Below are positions 10,065 through 20,381 of a DNA stretch of 64,000 nt, piece by piece (positions within the stretch are counted from its first letter, which is position 1; each line of letters opens with the position of its first letter). The stretch is taken from the NCBI GenBank assembly GCA_002718455.1, contig PBER01000009.1:15879-79878 (forward strand), given 5' to 3'. This DNA comes from Chloroflexota bacterium. Lineage in GTDB: Bacteria; Chloroflexota; Dehalococcoidia; Lucifugimonadales; Lucifugimonadaceae. The notes beneath the pieces were generated by a model. That model was not told where the DNA came from, did no database searches, and was given only the letters and a program-made list of their open reading frames with translations. The position numbers and the translations under genes were made by a program.

Positions 10065-10473
10065 TTTGATTCTGTAAATAACTTTCCAATATTATAATAG
10101 CTGATACTGAATTTAATTTACTTTTTATATTTTTAATTTTCATACCAGTACTTTTCATTGACTTAAACGCTTGTTCTGTTGTTAATCTTTCATCCCATAG
10201 TACGATTCTTATTCCTTTATTGCTAGCTTTTAACTTTTTAGAAATTAATCTAGAAAAAATTGCCCTATCACCCTCAGTTCCATTTAGTAATTTTGGCAAA
10301 CCTATAATTAGTTTCTCTATTTGATTTTCTTTAATAATAATATTTATTTTCTTTACCAAGATTTCAGAATTTGATGCATTTATTTCATTTAATGAACTGC
10401 ATTGATTATTAATTTCGTTAGATATTGCTACACCTGTTCTCTTCTCTCCTAAATCTAAGCCTAGAATCTTCAT
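10054..10473 (-). CDS. ruvX: YqgF/RuvX putative pre-16S rRNA nuclease (Holliday-junction resolvase-like)
   Basis: 139 aa. ILGLDLGEKRTGVAIS N-terminus and WDERLTT motif. Confidence 0.9.
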   Translation of the reverse strand: MKILGLDLGEKRTGVAISNEINNQCSSLNEINASNSEILVKKINIIIKENQIEKLIIGLPKLLNGTEGDRAIFSRLISKKLKASNKGIRIVLWDERLTTEQAFKSMKSTGMKIKNIKSKLNSVSAIIILESYLQNQNAK

Positions 10474-13202
10474 TATTTATAATGCTTTGATAATACTTTT
10501 TGTAAATTTGAGATTATTGAATCTAATTTAGATGGATCTTTACCGCCTACTTGAGCTGTAAATTTATTACCACCACCACCACCACCCTCTATTTCTTTTG
10601 AAAGAATAGAAGCAATATCGTTTGCGGCAATTTTTACGTTTACTGTAGTCATTATGACAATTAAAGGCTTATTATCAATGACTGATCCTACTATAGCGAC
10701 TCCTTCAGATAAATTGTTTCTTAAGGTATCTCCTGCTTTTCGTAATGCTCCTATATTAGGAACTTTCACTTTAGATATTGAAAACTTTGTGTCGGAAAGC
10801 ATAAATTCTTGATTATTAGATTTTGATTTATTTCCAAGTGATAATTCAGTCAACTCTCCTTGTAATTTATCTATCGTTTTTTGTTGTTTTTTCACTATTT
10901 CATTTTGAAATTTGAATTTGTCTAAAATATTTTCCTCAGATGCATTCATTTTGATCATAATTTCATTTAAGTTATATAAATTCTTCCTAACCATTGTTTC
11001 TGTTCCAATTCCTGTCAATGCAAAGATTCTTCTGTTTCCAGAACCTATTCCATTTTCCGAAATAATTTTGAACAACCCTATACCTCCTGTGTGACTCATA
11101 TGAGTTCCTCCGCATAGTTCATAGCTCCATGGGGCATCAATTTTAATTGTTCTCACTTCATGATCATATTTTTCTCCGAAGAATGCTAATGCGCCGTCTT
11201 TAATAGCCTTATCATATGTTGTATAACTAACTTCAACAGGCAGATTGTTTCTTATAACATCATTGACTCTATCTTCAACAATTTGTAAAGTTTTTTTGTC
11301 GAGTGCATGCATATTTGTAAAATCAAATCTTAAGTAATCAGGGTGAACTAATGATCCTGATTGTCTTACATGAAGACCAACTATTTCTCTTAGTGCTGCA
11401 TGTATTAAGTGAGTTGCAGTATGATTCCTTCTAATTCTTTCACGGCGACTTCCATCTACGGTAAGATTTAAATTATTACCTACTGATAATGATCCTTCAT
11501 TAATTTTTGCTTTGTGAATATATATTTCTCCATATGGAGAAATAGTGTCAATTATTTCAATCTTACAATTGTCGTTTTCTGCTATACCTGAATCACCGAT
11601 CTGACCACCTCTTTCAGCATAATAAGGTGTTTTATCAATTATTAAATCAAACTCTTCTTTAGATTTGACAGTTTGTATAATTTTTTCGTTTTGTATTATA
11701 GATAAAACTTTTGAAGAAGTCTTTAAACTGTCATAACCGACGAATTCTGTAGGTTTTATATCTAGTGATGAAAATATTTTCTTACTGTTCGCCTTTGTAA
11801 AAACAGAAGATTGTTTAGATTTGTTTTTTTGTTGATTCATAACTTCTATAAATGATTTTTTATCTATATCTAAACCAGATTTTTTACATATCTCTTCAGT
11901 AATTTCTATAGGGAAGCCATATGTATCATATAATCTAAAAGCTTCTAGGCCAGATAAAGTATTTCTTATGTCTTTCTTATTTAAATCATCAATATTTTTA
12001 TAGATTTCTTTAGCAACGTCTTTAGCATCAATTGACATCTTAATTGATTCTTTGACTTTAATACTTCTTAATTCAAATAATGAATACAAAACTTGAGTTC
12101 CAAAATTTAGCGTTTTAGAGAATTTTTTTTCTTCGGTATCTAAAATTGATTTAATGAAATCGAATTTTTCATCAAGTTCGGGATATACGTGACTCAATTT
12201 TTCAGACGATATTTTAGCTATGGGAGATAAAATTGGGAATGAAGCATCAATTTTTATTCCATTAATAATAGCTCTTCTAATTAATCTTCTTAAAACATAT
12301 CCCCTTCCAGTGTTTTCTGGTATAACTCCATCTCCAATAAGGAAACTAGCAGAACGTCCATGTTCAGCAATTATTCTTTTAACTATTTCAATATCTTTTC
12401 TTGATAAGCTTTTAGATGAAATGTCATATTTAATATCTGATAAATGTTTGCTAAACACATCAGTTTTGTATACAGTTTTATTGTTTGTTAGAACGGCTAA
12501 AGTTCTTTCAAGTCCCATGCCTGTATCTATGTTATTAAAAGGTAGAGGAGTGTCTTTAGAATCAATGTCTCTATAAAACTGAGTAAAAACTAAATTGTAT
12601 AGTTCTATAAAATCTTCATGTAAATTAGGACCCCAATTAGGATCGTTGAAATTAAGATTATTGAGATCACCTTGATAATAATGTATTTCTGAACATGGAC
12701 CACAAGGCCCTTCTTCTCCAGCTGGTCCCCACCAGTTATCTTCATCTCCAAATTTATAGATATATTTTTCAGAAATTCCAAGATCGAGCCAAATTTGTTT
12801 TGCTTCATCATCCTCGTTATAAATTGTAAAAAACAATCTATTGATATCGAACTTTAGTACTTCTGTCATGTATTCTAATGCCCAGGCACAGGCTTCATTT
12901 TTGAAGTAGTCCCCAAAGCTAAAATTTCCTAGCATTTCAAAGAAAGTCAAATGAGTATCATCACCAACTTCTTCAATATCTGTAGTTCGGAAACATTTTT
13001 GTGCTGTTGTTATTCGTTTGTTAGGAGGTTTTTTTTCTCCTGAAAAATAGGATTTAAATTGAGCCATTCCAGAATTTGTTAATAACAAACTTGGGTCTTC
13101 TGAAGGTATCAAAGATGAAGACGGTAATATTAGATGTTCTTTTGATTCGAAAAATTTTAAAAAAGAATCTCTTAAATCATCTGCTGTTTTTGGTATTTTC
13201 AT
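10473..13202 (-). CDS. alaS: alanine--tRNA ligase
   Basis: 909 aa. Class II core, editing-domain motifs HTATHLIHAAL and ELCGGTH, and a C-terminal GGGGG-containing DHHA1 region. Confidence 0.97.
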   Translation of the reverse strand: MKIPKTADDLRDSFLKFFESKEHLILPSSSLIPSEDPSLLLTNSGMAQFKSYFSGEKKPPNKRITTAQKCFRTTDIEEVGDDTHLTFFEMLGNFSFGDYFKNEACAWALEYMTEVLKFDINRLFFTIYNEDDEAKQIWLDLGISEKYIYKFGDEDNWWGPAGEEGPCGPCSEIHYYQGDLNNLNFNDPNWGPNLHEDFIELYNLVFTQFYRDIDSKDTPLPFNNIDTGMGLERTLAVLTNNKTVYKTDVFSKHLSDIKYDISSKSLSRKDIEIVKRIIAEHGRSASFLIGDGVIPENTGRGYVLRRLIRRAIINGIKIDASFPILSPIAKISSEKLSHVYPELDEKFDFIKSILDTEEKKFSKTLNFGTQVLYSLFELRSIKVKESIKMSIDAKDVAKEIYKNIDDLNKKDIRNTLSGLEAFRLYDTYGFPIEITEEICKKSGLDIDKKSFIEVMNQQKNKSKQSSVFTKANSKKIFSSLDIKPTEFVGYDSLKTSSKVLSIIQNEKIIQTVKSKEEFDLIIDKTPYYAERGGQIGDSGIAENDNCKIEIIDTISPYGEIYIHKAKINEGSLSVGNNLNLTVDGSRRERIRRNHTATHLIHAALREIVGLHVRQSGSLVHPDYLRFDFTNMHALDKKTLQIVEDRVNDVIRNNLPVEVSYTTYDKAIKDGALAFFGEKYDHEVRTIKIDAPWSYELCGGTHMSHTGGIGLFKIISENGIGSGNRRIFALTGIGTETMVRKNLYNLNEIMIKMNASEENILDKFKFQNEIVKKQQKTIDKLQGELTELSLGNKSKSNNQEFMLSDTKFSISKVKVPNIGALRKAGDTLRNNLSEGVAIVGSVIDNKPLIVIMTTVNVKIAANDIASILSKEIEGGGGGGNKFTAQVGGKDPSKLDSIISNLQKVLSKHYK

Positions 13203-13244
13203 TAAATTTGTTAAATATGTTTTTTTTCCTAAGTTTATTTTATA

Positions 13245-14330
13245 TTAATTTAAGTTTATCTTTTTGGTATTTTTTTTGCCGAATATTGTGTATCTCCACC
13301 CTTTTTGAAGTTTTTCAGAATCATTATTATCTAATAAATTTTGAAGATCTCTTTTGTTTGCGATTAAAGATTTAGAAATATTTTTTTCCATTGAAACTTG
13401 ATTTAGTTCTTTTTTTAAATTATTTAAATCATTGAAATCATTAGTTTTAGATTTATTTTGTTCCTTGAATTCGCTATGTTTATTAATAATAATCTCTAAT
13501 TTTTCGTAATCTTCTAAATAAAAAAATTTATTATTTTTATGTAAATTCAATTGAGTCAATGGGTATAATTCATTTTTATTATTTTTTGATATAAATATAA
13601 TGTCTTTATCCTTAAGGATCCAAGATTTAGGTTTATTTCTATTTTGTGCAACTTTTTCTCTGAATATGGTCAATTCTTTTAATAGTTCTATATTCAATAA
13701 ATTTTTTTGATCTAGCCGTATTCTTTTCCACAAATTATTGGTGTTATTTTTTGAATTTATATGATGGAGAATATTTTCCATTTCTTCTTTAAACCAATCA
13801 AATTTTTTATCATTCACAAGTGATTTATATAATTTACTAAATAATTCTTCCAAATATATAACGTCCGTTCCTGCATAATTGATTTGCTTTCTGGTTAAAG
13901 GTCTTTTTATCCAATTTGAATATTGTTGGTCTTTTTGTACATCTATATCTAATAATTTTTTTACTAGATTTTTGTAACTTATGTTATGTTCAAGACACAC
14001 AAATGCATTTGCAATTTGTGTGTCAAATATATTCTTTATATGAATATTTAAATTCGATTGTAAAATTTCAATATCTTGTTCACAATCGTGAAAAATTTTC
14101 ACAATATCATTATTAATTAAGATATTTGTTAATTTCTCTAATAAATTTTGTTTGTTATAACAATCTAATATAAATATTTTATTATTTATGTTTAATTGCA
14201 CTAATGAAAGAATTGGGTAATATGTATTTTCTCTAACAAATTCTGTATCTATACATATTTTTTTGGATTTGATCAAACTTTTTTCAACAATATTATAATC
14301 GTCTACTGAATTTATAAGATTTATTTTCAT
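13245..14330 (-). CDS. rnd: ribonuclease D (DEDDy 3'-5' exonuclease plus HRDC)
   Basis: 361 aa. Exo motifs CIDTEF, HDCEQDIEIL and YAGTDVIYL. Confidence 0.85.
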   Translation of the reverse strand: MKINLINSVDDYNIVEKSLIKSKKICIDTEFVRENTYYPILSLVQLNINNKIFILDCYNKQNLLEKLTNILINNDIVKIFHDCEQDIEILQSNLNIHIKNIFDTQIANAFVCLEHNISYKNLVKKLLDIDVQKDQQYSNWIKRPLTRKQINYAGTDVIYLEELFSKLYKSLVNDKKFDWFKEEMENILHHINSKNNTNNLWKRIRLDQKNLLNIELLKELTIFREKVAQNRNKPKSWILKDKDIIFISKNNKNELYPLTQLNLHKNNKFFYLEDYEKLEIIINKHSEFKEQNKSKTNDFNDLNNLKKELNQVSMEKNISKSLIANKRDLQNLLDNNDSEKLQKGWRYTIFGKKNTKKINLN

Positions 14331-14433
14331 GTATCTTTGGTTTTAAACAAATAATATACGAATTTAGTAATTTTATTTTATAAAGTTAATTTTTTTTTAT
14401 GTATTATAAATTTAGATAAATACATAAAAAAAA

Positions 14434-16125
14434 TTGTCAAAAGAACTCAAAAGCAAAAAATGGTTTGGGGAGAAAAATCTTGAAGGTTTTCTTCATAGAT
14501 CAGGAATGAAAGCCCAAGGCTGGCCTGAAAATATGATCAAAGATAAACCAATGATAGGTATAGCAAATACGTTTTCTGAGGCTGTTCATTGTAATTCTCA
14601 CTTAAGAATTTTAGCAGATCATGTAAAAAAAGGTGTTATAGCCGCAGGTGCTACTCCTATTGAATTCCCTGTTATATCATTAGGAGAATTTTTTTTATCT
14701 CCAACTTCAATGTATCTGAGAAATCAAATGTCTATTGATATAGAAGAAATGATAAAGGGATTGCCTATTGATGGAGTTGTTATTTTGACAGGTTGCGATA
14801 AAACTACTCCAGCAGCAATCATGGGAGCAGCTTCAGCAAATATTCCTACTATAATTCTACCTGGAGGACCATCTTTAAAAGGTAACTGGAAAGGAGAAGA
14901 ATTGGGTTCTTGTACTGACTGTAGAAGATATTGGAACGAGTTAAGAGCAGGAAATATATCTCAAGAAGATTATGATTCTATGGAAGAATCTATTTATCGT
15001 TCTCCTGGTTTTTGCATGGTTTCTGGAACTGCCTCCACAATGGCTTGTATTTCTGAAGCTATGGGAATGACTTTAGTAGGTGCTGCAACTCTACCAGCTG
15101 TTGATTCAAGAAGAATGGCATTAGCAAATAAATCTGGTCAACAAATTGTAAACTTAGTAAAAAACAATGTAAAATTTGAAAACTTTTTAGATAGACAAAA
15201 CTTTCTTAATGGAATTGTAACACTCATGGCTATGGGTGGATCTACTAATGCGATAATACATCTTCTTGCTATGGCTGGAAGAACCAAAACAAAGATTACA
15301 CTTGATGATTTTAACCAAATTTCAGAAAAAACTCCTGTGTTAGCCAATTTAAAGCCTGCAGGAACAAAATTAATGGAAGATTTTCATTATGCAGGTGGCG
15401 TTTCAGCATTATTGAAAAATATAAAACATCTTCTAAATCTTGAAACAAAAAGTGTATCCGGACAAACCTTGAAAGATATTTTAGATCAATCTGAAAATTT
15501 TGACCAACAAGTAATAAGGTATCCATCAAATCCCGTCAATGATAAAGGTAGTATCGCGATCATAAAAGGATCTTTAGCACCAGATGGAGCTGTTATAAAA
15601 GTCGCTGCAGCCAGTAAAAAATTTCTTAATCACATTGGCAAAGCAATAGTATTTAATAATGCAAAAGAATTGTCCGATAAAATTGATGATCCAGACCTTG
15701 ATATAAGTGAGAATTCTATAATCGTATTAAGAAATCAAGGACCTATAGGTGGTCAAGGAATGCCTGAAAGTGGTTTCTTACCTATTCCGAAAAAACTTCT
15801 AGACAAAGGGATTCGAGACATTGTAAGAATATCTGATGCTCGTATGAGTGGCACTGCATATGGAACTATAATTCTACATATTGCTCCAGAATCATATATT
15901 GGAGGTCCTCTTTCATTAGTAAAAACTGGAGATAAAATAAAATTATCTTTAAAAACTAAATCTATAGATTTATTAGTTGATAATAAAACACTATCTGAAA
16001 GGAAATCTTTACTTAAGGATAGTAAACATAATTCAGAATACGATCGAGGGTATGGCTGGCTTTATAAAAATCATATTTTACAAGCTGATCAAGGATGTGA
16101 TTTCGATTTCCTAAAAGCTAAATAA
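14434..16125 (+). CDS. IlvD/Edd-family dehydratase, sugar-acid (aldonate) dehydratase-like branch
   Basis: 563 aa with a TTG start. CDKTTPAAIMG and GTASTMA motifs. The N-terminus (KKWFG...GFLHRSGMKAQGW) resembles arabinonate/xylonate dehydratases more than biosynthetic IlvD. Confidence 0.8.
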   Translation: MSKELKSKKWFGEKNLEGFLHRSGMKAQGWPENMIKDKPMIGIANTFSEAVHCNSHLRILADHVKKGVIAAGATPIEFPVISLGEFFLSPTSMYLRNQMSIDIEEMIKGLPIDGVVILTGCDKTTPAAIMGAASANIPTIILPGGPSLKGNWKGEELGSCTDCRRYWNELRAGNISQEDYDSMEESIYRSPGFCMVSGTASTMACISEAMGMTLVGAATLPAVDSRRMALANKSGQQIVNLVKNNVKFENFLDRQNFLNGIVTLMAMGGSTNAIIHLLAMAGRTKTKITLDDFNQISEKTPVLANLKPAGTKLMEDFHYAGGVSALLKNIKHLLNLETKSVSGQTLKDILDQSENFDQQVIRYPSNPVNDKGSIAIIKGSLAPDGAVIKVAAASKKFLNHIGKAIVFNNAKELSDKIDDPDLDISENSIIVLRNQGPIGGQGMPESGFLPIPKKLLDKGIRDIVRISDARMSGTAYGTIILHIAPESYIGGPLSLVKTGDKIKLSLKTKSIDLLVDNKTLSERKSLLKDSKHNSEYDRGYGWLYKNHILQADQGCDFDFLKAK

Positions 16126-16189
16126 TTTTTGTCATTTGATTTAGATTTTTTTTCAAAATCAGGTTTATAGGATAATGTCTTTTAAATTG

Positions 16190-17251
16190 TTATAGCAAAG
16201 ACAAAATCGCGCTAGTAACATCATTTGTTTGAGATTCTCCACCAAGATCAGGAGTTAATGTATCTCCTTTCTCTAAAACTTTTTTAACAGATAATTCTAG
16301 TTCTTGGGCTGAATCTTTTTCTCCAAGATGATCTAACATAATTGCTGCTGTTAATATTTGGGCCATAGGATTAGCAATTTTCTTTCCTGCTATATCTGGA
16401 GCTGATCCATGAGTTGGTTCAAACATTGAAGGACTATTATTTGTGGGGTCTATATTTCCACTTGATGCTAATCCCATAGAGCCAGTAATAATTGCACCAA
16501 TATCTGTTAAGATGTCACCAAATAAATTACTTGCCACCACAACATCAAATTCCTTAGGTCTTCTCAAAAAGTCCATACATGCAGCGTCTATTAACAGTGA
16601 ATTGGTTTTAATTGAAGGATAATCAATCTTAACTTCATTGAAAACTCTATCCCATAATGTCATAGAGTATCCTTGCGCATTAGATTTAGTAATAGAAGTT
16701 ACATGATTTTTCTTATTTCTACTTTTAGCTAATTCAAATGCGTACCTTATCACTCTTTCACATCCTTTGCGGGTAAATACTGCACTTTGAACTGCAATTT
16801 CTTCAGGAAAATCTCTATATTGAAATCCTCCAACATTTGCATACTCTCCTTCTGTATTTTCTCTAACAACAACTAGATCTATATCGTAAGGTTTTATATT
16901 TTTTAATGGTGACTCTACTCCAGGGTATAAAATACTAGGTCTCACACAAGCAAATTGATCAAAAGCTCTTCTTATAGGGAGTAACAATCCATTTAAAGTA
17001 ATATGATCTTGTATATCTGGATGACCAACTGCTCCTAAGAAAATTGCATCAAAATTTTTAAGTTGTTTGATACCGTCTTTCGGCATCATTTCATTATGTT
17101 TAAAATAATATTCTGAACTCCAATCAAAATATTCTAAAGAGAATGTGTAATTTTTATTTTTACTTTGTTTTGTAATAACTTCTATAGCACTTTCAACGAC
17201 TTCAATTCCAATCCCATCTCCTGGAATTACAGCTATTTTATATTCTTTCAT
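16190..17251 (-). CDS. tartrate dehydrogenase/decarboxylase-like (isocitrate/isopropylmalate dehydrogenase family)
   Basis: 353 aa. The N-terminus YKIAVIPGDGIGIEVV is typical of the TtuC/D-malate dehydrogenase subgroup. Confidence 0.75.
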   Translation of the reverse strand: MKEYKIAVIPGDGIGIEVVESAIEVITKQSKNKNYTFSLEYFDWSSEYYFKHNEMMPKDGIKQLKNFDAIFLGAVGHPDIQDHITLNGLLLPIRRAFDQFACVRPSILYPGVESPLKNIKPYDIDLVVVRENTEGEYANVGGFQYRDFPEEIAVQSAVFTRKGCERVIRYAFELAKSRNKKNHVTSITKSNAQGYSMTLWDRVFNEVKIDYPSIKTNSLLIDAACMDFLRRPKEFDVVVASNLFGDILTDIGAIITGSMGLASSGNIDPTNNSPSMFEPTHGSAPDIAGKKIANPMAQILTAAIMLDHLGEKDSAQELELSVKKVLEKGDTLTPDLGGESQTNDVTSAILSLL

Positions 17252-17253
17252 TT

Positions 17254-18117
17254 TTATTCCTTATTTTTTTCAAATAACTGGATAATTCCAGCAATGTCTT
17301 CCATTTCTTTTCCCATGTTTCTATATTGATCGAAAAGTATTTCTGTTGATTTTATTAAGGGTAAACTTAAATTAAAATCTTTTGCTAATTCTGTAACAAT
17401 GTGTATATCTTTGATTAAATTTCTAGCAGGAGCGGGTGAACCAATATATGATTTATCTCTGATGATAGGAGCTGATCTTTCTAGCATTGTAGAATTACCG
17501 AAACTCACTGACAATATTTCCATAGCATCTTTAATTGTTATGCCAACAGCATTAGCTAATGATATAGCTTCAGCAGCAGCAGTTGTATGAACTGCTGTTA
17601 ATAGTTGATTTATTAATTTCATTGCAGTTCCTGCACCTGTATTTCCCATATACTTAACCTTGGTTCCCATCATTTCGTAATAAGGTAGAGCCATAGTATA
17701 GTCATCCAAATTTCCGCCTACCATAATTGATAAAGTTCCATCTTTTGCACCTGTGGGTCCTCCGGATATTGGAGCATCTAAAAATGACACCCCTTTTTCC
17801 TTCAATAGTCTGTGACTTTCAATACTTGTCTGTAAACTTACAGTTGAATGATCAGAGACAATTTTAACATTATTCGAATATCTTTTTATTCCTTTTACAA
17901 TTTGAATTGAAGTTTCAATATCGGGAAGACATATAAAAATCAATTCTGTATCTTTAGATATTTGTTCTAGAGAACTTGCTCCTTTTGCTCCTTTTTGTTT
18001 CATTACGGAAATTTTTTCTTTAGATCGTGTAAACACCATTAAATCTGCACCTTTATTTAACAAATTATCTGCCATTCCTTGACCCATATTCCCTAGTCCT
18101 ATAAAACCTATTTTCAT
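17254..18117 (-). CDS. NAD(P)-dependent 3-hydroxyisobutyrate / tartronate-semialdehyde reductase family dehydrogenase
   Basis: 287 aa. KIGFIGLGNMGQGMA Rossmann motif and HIBADH-type fold. Confidence 0.8.
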   Translation of the reverse strand: MKIGFIGLGNMGQGMADNLLNKGADLMVFTRSKEKISVMKQKGAKGASSLEQISKDTELIFICLPDIETSIQIVKGIKRYSNNVKIVSDHSTVSLQTSIESHRLLKEKGVSFLDAPISGGPTGAKDGTLSIMVGGNLDDYTMALPYYEMMGTKVKYMGNTGAGTAMKLINQLLTAVHTTAAAEAISLANAVGITIKDAMEILSVSFGNSTMLERSAPIIRDKSYIGSPAPARNLIKDIHIVTELAKDFNLSLPLIKSTEILFDQYRNMGKEMEDIAGIIQLFEKNKE

Positions 18118-18129
18118 ATCTTTCTCTTT

Positions 18130-19095
18130 TTACAAATTTTGTTTAACATTTTCCAAAAGGGCAACTATACTTTTGTAAATTAATTCTTTAGAATTTGCCC
18201 CGTTATGTGAGGTCAAGATTACATTTTCTAGTGTTTTTAGAGGGTTAGTTTCTTCAATTGGTTCTTTCTCAAAAACATCCAATGCAGCACCTGCTATTTT
18301 TCCTGTAATAAGTGCATCATATAGAACTGATTGATTAATCAAGGATCCTCTTGCCGTATTGATTATTATTGCATTTCTTTTTATTTTTGAAAATTCCTCA
18401 ATATCAATTAAATGTCTTGTTTCTGGAGTTAATTTTGTGTGGATAGAAATCACATCCGAATTTTCAAGTAACATATTTATATCTGCAACTTCTGCAAATT
18501 CTTCGATAGTTCGTATTCTTTCGTTACCTACACGTATTACTGGAGTCATAATGACATGCATTCCTAAACTTGCAGTTAGTTTAGCTACCTGTTCTCCAAT
18601 CATCCCTGAACCTATGATACCCATAGTTTTACCATTTATTAAATCGACCTCTATTGAAGGCCATTCGTTATTATTTTTGATTCTATCGTTTATTTGAGGG
18701 ATTTTTTTTATGAGAGAAAAAATCATTGCTATTGTATGTTCCGCAACAGACATGGTGAAACTATTTGGGATCGAAGTAGTCACAATCCCATTTCTTTTTG
18801 CTGCATTTACATCGATATGGTCTAATGCTGTACCGAAAACAGCAATATGTTTCAGAGAAGGTGAATTTTCAATAACATCGTTGTCTATTTTTGTAGTTGC
18901 TTTCGTAACGACTACAGTATGAGAGTCTTTTATTCTTGAAATGATTTCAGCATTGTCTTCGGGTCTTGAATAATATAAATCAATTTCTCTATTTAACGAG
19001 TTCAGACCTTTTGAGATTTCAGTTTTAACTGAAAATATCTCTGTTTCATCATCAATAATAACTATCTTTTCCATATTTATATCATTTACAATCAA
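18130..19095 (-). CDS. D-isomer-specific 2-hydroxyacid dehydrogenase
   Basis: 321 aa. GIIGSGMIGEQVA, the NTARG motif, and a HNGANS-type C-terminal part. Confidence 0.8.
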   Translation of the reverse strand: MIVNDINMEKIVIIDDETEIFSVKTEISKGLNSLNREIDLYYSRPEDNAEIISRIKDSHTVVVTKATTKIDNDVIENSPSLKHIAVFGTALDHIDVNAAKRNGIVTTSIPNSFTMSVAEHTIAMIFSLIKKIPQINDRIKNNNEWPSIEVDLINGKTMGIIGSGMIGEQVAKLTASLGMHVIMTPVIRVGNERIRTIEEFAEVADINMLLENSDVISIHTKLTPETRHLIDIEEFSKIKRNAIIINTARGSLINQSVLYDALITGKIAGAALDVFEKEPIEETNPLKTLENVILTSHNGANSKELIYKSIVALLENVKQNL

Positions 19096-19140
19096 ATGTT
19101 AAGTCAGTTCAAATTTTATTATAATAGTTAACACGAAATC

Positions 19141-19473
19141 ATGGCGACTTACAGAATCCTTTTTTGGAAAGAAATACCAACTCAAATTAAGTACAATGAT
19201 GATTTGAATTCAACAAAATCCTATATGCTATCTGATTTTTTTCAACAGGCAGTTGATTCTATAGCTATGTTTGATGGCTCTATAAAATCTGATGAATATT
19301 TGAATGCTTGGAGTTGGGGAGAAGAAACAGAAACAAATTTCAAACCTGAAGAAATTGTTGACATCTATAATGATAATATTCCAGAAAAATTTTTAAGTAA
19401 AATAAAAACATTACATGAAAACGGGAATAGAAATCCAATTCCGGGAGCAATTGATTCATGGTTCAAAAATTAA
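19141..19473 (+). CDS. small conserved protein, possibly of the misnamed 'virulence factor' domain family that accompanies split MetH-like proteins
   Basis: 110 aa. YRILFWKEIPTQI and AVDSIAM...DEYLNAWSWG resemble, from memory, the YWRDIPAQV-type small proteins found next to S-methyl_trans and B12-binding genes. Overlaps the next gene by 16 nt. Confidence 0.5.
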   Translation: MATYRILFWKEIPTQIKYNDDLNSTKSYMLSDFFQQAVDSIAMFDGSIKSDEYLNAWSWGEETETNFKPEEIVDIYNDNIPEKFLSKIKTLHENGNRNPIPGAIDSWFKN

Positions 19474-20381
19474 AACCAAATGCACAAAAAATATTAAATG
19501 ATATAAAAAACAATAAAATTTTTTTACTTGATGGCGCTACAGGCACACACCTTCAAAACAATGGTCTTGAACCTGGTGGATGCCCTGAACTAATGAATAA
19601 AGAAAATCCAGAAATTATTTCATCTATGGCTGAGATTTATTATAAAAATGGGAGTGATATTGTTCTAACAAATTCTTTCGGAGGAAATAAGTATAGACTA
19701 AGACACTATGAATTAGGTGATGACGTCTTTGAATTAAATAAACTAAGTGCAATGTTAGCAAAGGAAGAATCTGAGAAATACACTGAAAAATTTGTTTTTG
19801 GATCGATAGGTCCAACTGGTGAATTCTTAGAACCTTTAGGAGCAGTTTCTGAATCTGAAATGTATGATGCATTTGCCACTCAAATGAGTGGTTTGTTTGA
19901 AGGTGGAGTTGATGGTTTTTTGATTGAAACACAAATAGCAACTGAAGAAACAGAACTGGCTATAAAAGTAGCTAAAGAAAATTTCAATATTTTAATACTA
20001 GCTTCTGCTGTTTATGATAAAGGACCAAAAGGTTTTTTTACAATGTTTGGTCTAACTCCAAAAGAAAGTTTACGAATATTCTTCGAGTCAGGTGCTCACG
20101 TCGTAGGAACAAATTGTGGTAACGGATCTGAAAAAATGGTTGAAATATCTAAACAATTACGATCATTTACAGACAAGCCATTAATAGTTCAGGCAAATGC
20201 AGGAATACCTAAAATAAAAAAACAGGATATAATTTATCCTGAATCACCTGAATTTATGCAGGAAAAATATAAAGAATTGATTATAAATGAAATCAATTTC
20301 ATTGGTGGATGTTGTGGAACAAACTCTGAACATATACGCCTTTTTCACGAATTGATAAGGAGACATAATGAGAGTATTTGA
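19458..20381 (+). CDS. homocysteine S-methyltransferase-domain protein (MetH N-terminal module / BHMT-like, Zn-thiolate type)
   Basis: 307 aa. LLDGATGT, plus the Zn-ligand cysteines in GTNCGNG and IGGCCGTNSEHI. Confidence 0.9.
   Translation: MVQKLKPNAQKILNDIKNNKIFLLDGATGTHLQNNGLEPGGCPELMNKENPEIISSMAEIYYKNGSDIVLTNSFGGNKYRLRHYELGDDVFELNKLSAMLAKEESEKYTEKFVFGSIGPTGEFLEPLGAVSESEMYDAFATQMSGLFEGGVDGFLIETQIATEETELAIKVAKENFNILILASAVYDKGPKGFFTMFGLTPKESLRIFFESGAHVVGTNCGNGSEKMVEISKQLRSFTDKPLIVQANAGIPKIKKQDIIYPESPEFMQEKYKELIINEINFIGGCCGTNSEHIRLFHELIRRHNESI

Noticed and set aside
10560-10600. Poly-glycine (GGGGGG) coding run in alaS as a repeat expansion
   Set aside because: A glycine-rich motif at this C-terminal position is a normal conserved feature of bacterial AlaRS.
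16126-16189. Terminator between the convergent IlvD-like and TtuC-like genes
   Set aside because: Only a 6-bp all-A/T stem (TGATTT/AAATCA) can be drawn, which is too weak to call.
19096-19140. Cobalamin riboswitch upstream of the corrinoid operon
   Set aside because: The intergenic region is only 45 bp and AT-rich, far too short for a B12 riboswitch of roughly 200 nt. No B12-box-like sequence was seen.
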